Translations under genes and position numbers: made by a program | Assembly (NCBI GenBank): GCA_017994615.1 | Contig: JAGOKM010000001.1 | Span: 1 to 62,579 of the forward strand | Reading direction: 5' to 3' | Length of the DNA: 62,579 bases | Source: Bacillota bacterium | Lineage (GTDB): Bacteria > Bacillota > DTU025 > MWDF01 | Shown: positions 57,070 through 62,579 of the stretch, piece by piece | Numbering within the stretch: position 1 is the first letter of the stretch | Layout of the letters: every line of letters begins with the position of its first letter | The notes under the pieces: generated by a model | Told to the model about the DNA's origin: nothing | The model's input: only the letters and a program-made list of their open reading frames with translations | The model's database searches: none

Positions 57070-57593
57070 TGGATGACAGGAATGACGCCCTTCTATACAA
57101 TTCCGGCGTGCTGACCGGCCCTAGGGACGGCGTATGCAAGGCGGAAGAGGGCCAGTGGAAGGCGAAGAGGGGCGGATACGTCGTGATAGAATGCCCTCAG
57201 CGCATACCGTGCAACCCCTGCCATACCAGCTGCCCCACCGGGGCGGTGCTGCCGTTCGCCGACATAAACGACGTCCCGAAAGTCGATTTCTCGAAGTGCA
57301 CCGGTTGCTGCAGGTGCGTGGCAAGATGCCCGGGCCTTGCCTGTTTCGTGGTGGACCTCGCCTGGAAGGAAGGCTGGGCTATGATGAAGCTGCCCTACGA
57401 GCAGCTGCCCAGGCCGCAAAAAGGCATGGCTGTCGACTGCCTGGACCGTATCGGCAGGAAGGTTTACCGCTCCGTGATAGAACAGGTATTGGAGCCTTTC
57501 AAGGACAGGACGTTCGTCGTGTCGGTGCCGGTGCCGGCGGATTTGAAGGACGACGTGCGCGCGGTTAAGGTGGTGGCTCACGATGCCGAATAA
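57066..57593 (+). CDS. 4Fe-4S dicluster domain protein
   Basis: CPQRIPCNPCHTSCP and CTGCCRCVARCP cluster motifs. Confidence 0.65.
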   Translation: MMDDRNDALLYNSGVLTGPRDGVCKAEEGQWKAKRGGYVVIECPQRIPCNPCHTSCPTGAVLPFADINDVPKVDFSKCTGCCRCVARCPGLACFVVDLAWKEGWAMMKLPYEQLPRPQKGMAVDCLDRIGRKVYRSVIEQVLEPFKDRTFVVSVPVPADLKDDVRAVKVVAHDAE

Positions 57594-57888
57594 CGAAGAG
57601 GTAATCTACATCTGCAGGTGCGAGGAAGTCACACTGGACGAGGTCAGGGAATGGATAGCAAGGGGTTATGACACTCCGGAGGAGCTCAAAAGGGTGACAA
57701 GGATCGGCATGGGCCCATGCCAGGGCAGAGGCTGCACCGATATGCTTGTCAGGGAGATAGCCAGGATGAAGGGAGTAAGCGTGGACGAGGTCAAGCCTCC
57801 GAGCTTCAGGCCGCCGGCGAAGCCCGTCAAGCTGGCCCTCCTTGCCGACGAGGGGAAAAGGAGAGGTGGTGCCTCCCGTGAGGACTAA
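57583..57888 (+). CDS. BFD-like (2Fe-2S)-binding small protein
   Basis: ICRCEEVT...GMGPCQGRGC pattern (CxC...CxxxC). Confidence 0.6.
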   Translation: MPNNEEVIYICRCEEVTLDEVREWIARGYDTPEELKRVTRIGMGPCQGRGCTDMLVREIARMKGVSVDEVKPPSFRPPAKPVKLALLADEGKRRGGASRED

Positions 57889-59020
57889 GGCAGACGTCGT
57901 CATCATAGGAGGCGGCATAAACGGCGCCGCCTCGGCGTACAACCTCGCGAAGCTCGGGGTGAAGGACATCGTCGTGGTGGAGAGGGATACCATCTGCGGC
58001 GGGTCCACGGGAAGGTGCGGGGCCGGTATAAGGGCCCAGTGGGGCACTCTCATGAACTGCCAGATAGCCGCCAACGCCATCGCGACGTTCGAGGGGCTCA
58101 AAGACGAGCTAGGGATGGACATCGGGCTGAACCAGTGCGGATATCTGATGGTAGCGTACAAGGATTCGGAGTTCGAACAGCTTAAGAAGAACATATGCCT
58201 GCAGAACTCGTGCGGCATAGAAAGCCGCGTTGTGTCGAAGGACGAAGCTTACAGCATATGCCCGGGGCTGTGGGCTGAGGATGCGGTGGGCTTCACCTTC
58301 CATGCGAAGGACGGCCACGCCGACCCGTTCCTTACGACCTTCGCGTACGTCGAGGCTGCAAAGAGGATGGGCGTCGAATTCGAGCGCTTCACCGAGGTGC
58401 AGGCTATAAACATAAGCGGCGGCAGGGTTGAGTCGGTGTTGACCAGCCAAGGCACGATATGGACGAACAATGTGCTGGACTGCGCCGGCCCATATTCCCA
58501 GATAATCGCAAAGATGGCAGGTGTGGACCTTCCGGTATTCTCCGAAAGGCACGAGATAGTCATCACCGAACCGGTGGACCCGGGCGTGTGCCCCCCGATG
58601 CTGATGAGCTTCTCGGGCAACTACTACATCCAGCAGAGGCCGCACGGTTCGATCATAGGCGGATGCAGCCCCGAAGGCCATCCGCAGGACTTCGCCAACA
58701 ATGTGTCGTGGGACTTCCTCGGGCATATGGCCCAGGTGTTCACTAAGCTGCTGCCGAGGACCCGGAACATAAGGATAGTGAGGCAGTGGGCCGGCATGTA
58801 CAACATGACGCCTGACAGGCAGCCGCTTCTTGGGGCGACGGAAACAGAGGGATTCTACATCTCCTGCGGCTACTCGGGCCACGGCTTCATGCTTGCTCCT
58901 TTCACAGGCAGGCTTATGGCAGAGCTCATTTCGACGGGCAGGCCGTCCATGGACATATCCATGCTGGACTACAGGAGGTTCGAGCGCGGCGAGATGATCA
59001 TCGAGCCGGCGGTCGTGTAG
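57878..59020 (+). CDS. FAD-dependent oxidoreductase (DAO family; sarcosine oxidase beta/HcnC/L-proline dehydrogenase beta-like)
   Basis: DVVIIGGGINGAASAY dinucleotide motif, C-terminal GYSGHGFMLAP. GTG at 57878 follows GGAGAGGTGG. Confidence 0.75.
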   Translation: MRTKADVVIIGGGINGAASAYNLAKLGVKDIVVVERDTICGGSTGRCGAGIRAQWGTLMNCQIAANAIATFEGLKDELGMDIGLNQCGYLMVAYKDSEFEQLKKNICLQNSCGIESRVVSKDEAYSICPGLWAEDAVGFTFHAKDGHADPFLTTFAYVEAAKRMGVEFERFTEVQAINISGGRVESVLTSQGTIWTNNVLDCAGPYSQIIAKMAGVDLPVFSERHEIVITEPVDPGVCPPMLMSFSGNYYIQQRPHGSIIGGCSPEGHPQDFANNVSWDFLGHMAQVFTKLLPRTRNIRIVRQWAGMYNMTPDRQPLLGATETEGFYISCGYSGHGFMLAPFTGRLMAELISTGRPSMDISMLDYRRFERGEMIIEPAVV

Positions 59021-59023
59021 CGG

Positions 59024-59602
59024 CTACAGGAAGAGCGATGCGGCGCAGTAGACCAGAAGGACAGCCATCACCGCATTGATGACCTTGTAGTTCTTCGAGT
59101 AGAAGTACTGGAACAGGGACCCGAAGCTGCCCCAGATGACCGTGGATGCAAGGCACATGAAGCCTACGAGCAGGCTGAGAAGCATTATGGGAAGGAAAGC
59201 GTCGAAGTTCGGGGTGACATATACCGATGCAACGGTGAGTGCCATCAGGACGCCCTTTGGATTTATGAACTGAACCGCAAGGCCGGGGAGGAACCTCTGT
59301 ATGCTGGCGCCGGAGGAACCGTTCCCCGGCTTTGATTTGAACGTCTTATATGCAAGATAGAGGATATAGGCCGCGCCGATGAAAGTGACATATGGCTTGA
59401 GCTGCGGTACGAGCTTATATAGGTATGAGCTGAAAAGGCTCGCAAGGAGCATGTTGATCGTCTGCCCGGTCAGGACCCCGAGGTTGAAGCCGAAGCTTTT
59501 GAGCACTCCGTGCCTGATGCCGTTGTTCATGGCCATTATGTTGTTGGGTCCAGGCGTAATTATCTGCAGTATCGTGTACGAGAAGAACGATGCGTAGTTC
59601 AT
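59024..59602 (-). CDS. LysE/RhtB family amino-acid exporter
   Basis: N-terminal ...ITPGPNN motif; about 190 aa with 5-6 TM helices. Confidence 0.75.
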   Translation of the reverse strand: MNYASFFSYTILQIITPGPNNIMAMNNGIRHGVLKSFGFNLGVLTGQTINMLLASLFSSYLYKLVPQLKPYVTFIGAAYILYLAYKTFKSKPGNGSSGASIQRFLPGLAVQFINPKGVLMALTVASVYVTPNFDAFLPIMLLSLLVGFMCLASTVIWGSFGSLFQYFYSKNYKVINAVMAVLLVYCAASLFL

Positions 59603-59727
59603 AAGCGACCCACCCCGTATTGAGCTAATGGATTGGCTTTCTGCCCAATATACCATAAATGCGGGGAATAAAGTATGAGTGGGCGACTATATGCAGCAGG
59701 ACGGCAGTAAATGCGACGCTTATGCAA

Positions 59728-59755
59728 ACAGGGGCACGCGAGCGGGTGCCCCTGT
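59728..59755 (-). terminator. Hairpin after the MATE gene (terminator-like)
   Basis: Perfect 10-bp stem ACAGGGGCAC/GTGCCCCTGT with an 8-nt loop. The minus-strand transcript continues TTGCAT (weak U-tract). Confidence 0.45.
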
Positions 59756-59768
59756 CCTTGACTTGTAC

Positions 59769-61163
59769 CTATGCCACGCCGGTGAGGTTTTTTACCCAGC
59801 GTTCCTTCCTGAAAAGCGTAAAGGCGATGCTCAGCTTTAGGAACTCTGGAATCTGCACCATTAGGAAAAGCTGTATGAGCGACAGGTCCGTGAAATGGGC
59901 GAGCGCCAAGGAGAACGGGACCACCACGAACCATGTGAAAAGCGAATCCATTGTCATGACAGAGCGGGTGTCCCCGCCGGCTCTGAGTATGAAGAAGAAA
60001 CCGGCGTTGGTCAGGTAGACCGGCATCATGAAGGCGGATATGGATGTAATGATCCTCGCCGTCGTCCTTACGTCATCGCCTACGTTGTAGATCATCGGGA
60101 CCAGGTATCCCGCAGCAAGGTGCACCAGCAGCAGGCAGTAGGATATGAAGATGCCGAACAGTATAAGGCGCCTGGAATCCCGCCTTGCATCGTCCAGCTG
60201 GTTGGCGCCGAGCGCGTGGCCTATTATCACCGATATGGACGTGGCCTGCCCGCTGTTGACGACGAAGAACATGTTGTTGACCGCGTTCATGATGTTAAGG
60301 GCCGCCAGCGCCACGACACCCCTCGTGGAATAAGCCTTGAACTGCATCGTCACGCCAGACGACCAGAGGAGTTCATTGGCTATGAGGGGCAATGACTTCA
60401 CCAATATCGTCTTGAAGAGGACGGGCCTCACGTTGAACACCCTGGCAAGGCGGGTGCCGAACGGGCAGGTCTCCTTGCTCATGGCGTAATATAGCATGGC
60501 CAGCTCTACCAGCCTTGCTATTATCGTAGCCAGGGCCGCGCCCCGGACGCCCATCCGGGGCGCCCCGAAGTTGCCGAAGATGAATACATAGTTGAAGAAC
60601 GTGTTCACGAAGACTGCGACGATGGACGGCAGCATAGCTACCTTGGCCTGGCCTATGCTCCTGAAGGAACCCGCAGTGGCCACGCTGAACGCCATCGGTA
60701 TGTAAGTGAACACGGCGACTTTGAGATAATCCACGCCTTCGCTTATGGTCCCCGCATCATTTGTGAAGAAGCCGATTATCCATCTCGCCCCGAAGAAGGC
60801 ACCGAGCATGAAGGTTATCGAGACGGCAAGCGATGCAATCAGCATGAACCGGTATGCCTGCTTCATGCCGTCCCCGTCCTTAGCGCCCCAGAACTGGGCC
60901 ACATATAGGCCGCCGCCCCCGGCTATCCCGAAAAGCATCAACATGTATATGAAGAAGAACTGGTTGGCTATGCCGACGCCCGCAATCGACTGCGGCCCCA
61001 GCTGCCCCACCTGAAGGTTGTCCACCAGGTTGACCAGGGTGGTGATGAGCTGCTGGAACATTATCGGGGCCATGACGGCGAAGGCATGCTTGTAGAACGC
61101 CCTGTCGGCGACATGCGGCTTTATCCTGCTGTACAGGCCTTTGCCCTCCATGATGCCCTCCAT
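59769..61163 (-). CDS. MATE family efflux transporter
   Basis: 464 aa, 12 predicted TM helices. N-terminal ...MAPIMFQQLITTLVNLVDNLQVGQLG typical of MATE/NorM. Confidence 0.8.
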   Translation of the reverse strand: MEGIMEGKGLYSRIKPHVADRAFYKHAFAVMAPIMFQQLITTLVNLVDNLQVGQLGPQSIAGVGIANQFFFIYMLMLFGIAGGGGLYVAQFWGAKDGDGMKQAYRFMLIASLAVSITFMLGAFFGARWIIGFFTNDAGTISEGVDYLKVAVFTYIPMAFSVATAGSFRSIGQAKVAMLPSIVAVFVNTFFNYVFIFGNFGAPRMGVRGAALATIIARLVELAMLYYAMSKETCPFGTRLARVFNVRPVLFKTILVKSLPLIANELLWSSGVTMQFKAYSTRGVVALAALNIMNAVNNMFFVVNSGQATSISVIIGHALGANQLDDARRDSRRLILFGIFISYCLLLVHLAAGYLVPMIYNVGDDVRTTARIITSISAFMMPVYLTNAGFFFILRAGGDTRSVMTMDSLFTWFVVVPFSLALAHFTDLSLIQLFLMVQIPEFLKLSIAFTLFRKERWVKNLTGVA

Positions 61164-61261
61164 GCCTTCAGCTGCAGCAACTTAGTATTCTAGCAGGGGC
61201 ATACTGGCTGGGCAAGGGAAATCGGCGAAAGGTGCCGCAAGTAGAGCAGAGGGCTGTTCGC

Positions 61262-61301
61262 AGAAAAGAAGGGTCCGGAGTCGAATTGCCGGCTCCGGAC
61301 C
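61262..61301 (-). terminator. Intrinsic terminator after the UxaA-family gene
   Basis: GGTCCGGAG/CTCCGGACC stem followed by TTCTTTTCTG on the minus-strand transcript. Confidence 0.65.
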
Positions 61302-61324
61302 TAGTATCAGGCTTCTGCTTTCCG

Positions 61325-62503
61325 TCAGAAGGACCAGCCGACCCTCATGATGCCGAACTCCCTGTGGCCGTTCAACTCGGATTTAGTCAGCTTGCCCCTT
61401 GAAACCGAGAGGATCTCATCAAAGATGGTCTCCCCTGCCTCCCTTAGGCCGATGCTTCCGTCCATGACGGGGCTGAGGTCGAGGTCGGTGTCCTCCTGCA
61501 TCATCCTGTAGGTGGCTGCGTTAGCCGTAACCTTGATCACAGGGGCGATCGGAGTGCCCGTCGGCGTGCCCAGGCCCGTGGTGAAGACCACTATCTGAGC
61601 GCCGCCCGCCAGCATACCCGTCATGGAGTCCACATCCTGCCCGGGGGTATCCATCATGTAAAGCCCGTTCTTGCCGTATGTAACAGGCTCCCCGTACTTC
61701 AGCACGCCTATCAACGGGGACCTGCCGGCCTTCAGTATGCAGCCGAGAGACTTCTCCTCGATTGTGGAGATGCCTCCTCTGATATTCCCCGGCGTGGGCT
61801 GCGTCCCCCTCAGGTCGGCCCCCATCGCCTTGGCCCTCCGCTCGGTGGCGGCCACTATGCCTATCAGCGCCTCGGCTGTCCTGGCGTCGACGGCCCTTTC
61901 GGCAAGTAGATGCTCTGCGCCTATGAGCTCCGTCGTCTCTGACAGTATCGAGGTGCCGCCGGATGCTATCAGCATGTCCGATGCCACGCCCAACGACGGG
62001 TTGGCGCCTATTCCAGACGTCGGGTCGGAGGCGCCGCATTCGAGCCCCAAAACCAGCTCCGATATGTCGAAAGGTTCCGGCTGCATCTGCGCCAGCCCGG
62101 CTGCCAGTGCCTCCGCCTTTGCCAATCCCCCACGCACCGCCCCTGTGGTCCCTCCGCTCTTCTGAATGACCACAAGCTCCACCGGCTTGCCCGAAGACCT
62201 GATGCCGTCCACAATCTGGACCGGGTCCATCCCCTCGCAGCCTAGCCCCACCACCAGGCATGCCCCTACGTTCGCGTTCATGCCCATTCCGACCAGGGTC
62301 CTGGCCGTCTGGGCGTAATCCTCGCCCATCTGGCAGCATCCGTTAGGGTGCGACAGGGCAACCGACCCAGGCACCTGCGATGCGATCCTCTGAGCCACCT
62401 CGCAGGCGCATACCGAAGCCGGGATTACCGCCAGGTGGTTCCTCAGGCCATGCCTTCCTACCGGCCTCCTGTATCCCATGAGCTGCCTTGCACCGTCTGC
62501 CAT
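61325..62503 (-). CDS. UxaA-family hydro-lyase large subunit (altronate/galactarate dehydratase C-terminal domain)
   Basis: GYRRPVGRHGLRNHLAVIP...SHPNGCCQMG N-terminus and 392-aa length typical of stand-alone UxaA C-terminal-domain proteins. Confidence 0.7.
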   Translation of the reverse strand: MADGARQLMGYRRPVGRHGLRNHLAVIPASVCACEVAQRIASQVPGSVALSHPNGCCQMGEDYAQTARTLVGMGMNANVGACLVVGLGCEGMDPVQIVDGIRSSGKPVELVVIQKSGGTTGAVRGGLAKAEALAAGLAQMQPEPFDISELVLGLECGASDPTSGIGANPSLGVASDMLIASGGTSILSETTELIGAEHLLAERAVDARTAEALIGIVAATERRAKAMGADLRGTQPTPGNIRGGISTIEEKSLGCILKAGRSPLIGVLKYGEPVTYGKNGLYMMDTPGQDVDSMTGMLAGGAQIVVFTTGLGTPTGTPIAPVIKVTANAATYRMMQEDTDLDLSPVMDGSIGLREAGETIFDEILSVSRGKLTKSELNGHREFGIMRVGWSF

Positions 62504-62504
62504 G

Positions 62505-62579
62505 TTATATCCTCCTGCCCCTTGAGCTGACCATGTTGTGGACGTGCACGTGCTCCCCCTGGCTTATCCTGGCAGATGC
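62505..62579 (-). CDS. SAF-domain small subunit of UxaA-family dehydratase (3' end only, truncated by window edge)
   Basis: The minus-strand translation ends ...ARISQGEHVHVHNMVSSRGRRI*. GExVHxHN is the conserved end of the UxaA N-terminal SAF domain. The stop lies 1 nt before the next ATG. Confidence 0.5.
   Translation of the reverse strand, partial: ASARISQGEHVHVHNMVSSRGRRI

Noticed and set aside
1-62579. A scan for CRISPR arrays, rRNA genes, IS elements/transposases, toxin-antitoxin pairs and known defence-system signatures.
   Set aside because: No regularly spaced direct repeats were seen in any intergenic region, and all are shorter than about 270 nt. No rRNA-like sequence, DDE/serine/tyrosine recombinase motif or small paired ORFs typical of TA modules were seen.

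Overview
A 62.6-kb, GC-rich, densely coding bacterial chromosomal segment. Strong GGAGG ribosome-binding sites and many 4-nt start/stop overlaps are present. I support about 66 CDS, 2 tRNA genes, several intrinsic terminators and promoters, and one candidate riboswitch. I found no rRNA, CRISPR array, transposase or integrase. The content suggests an anaerobic amino-acid/peptide degrader; taxonomy cannot be fixed from the sequence alone. It includes a LIV branched-chain amino-acid ABC operon, several exported peptidases (M14, M28, two S8 subtilases, HtrA), a complete glycine-cleavage operon with Lpd, and an HcnABC/proline-dehydrogenase-like flavo-FeS complex. Housekeeping genes are lepB, nadE, tcdA, cca, glxK, murD, folD, tilS and ftsH. 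The most interesting signals are listed below. (1) A structured leader at 10275-10425 looks like a Moco/Tuco riboswitch with a terminator/antiterminator platform. It precedes two exported, almost Cys-free proteins built from molybdopterin-oxidoreductase-like domains. A third paralogue sits inside an ECF transporter operon that also encodes MobB, a kinase-like protein and BioY. Together these may form a Mo/W or pterin-cofactor scavenging system, which is a hypothesis only. (2) The gcvT-H-PA-PB operon continues into two radical-SAM genes and a short LplA-type ligase, matching a LipS1/LipS2-type non-canonical lipoyl synthase module. (3) A secreted beta-propeller gene is split by one in-frame TGA that creates a C-x-x-TGA motif followed by a small hairpin. 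This is either a pseudogene or a selenocysteine site. (4) A fused double nitrilase-superfamily protein has a degenerate second domain carrying a zinc ribbon. (5) Tandem lipoprotein S8 proteases lie next to an internally duplicated secreted protein of unknown function. All functional calls rest on motif recognition by eye; no database search was run.
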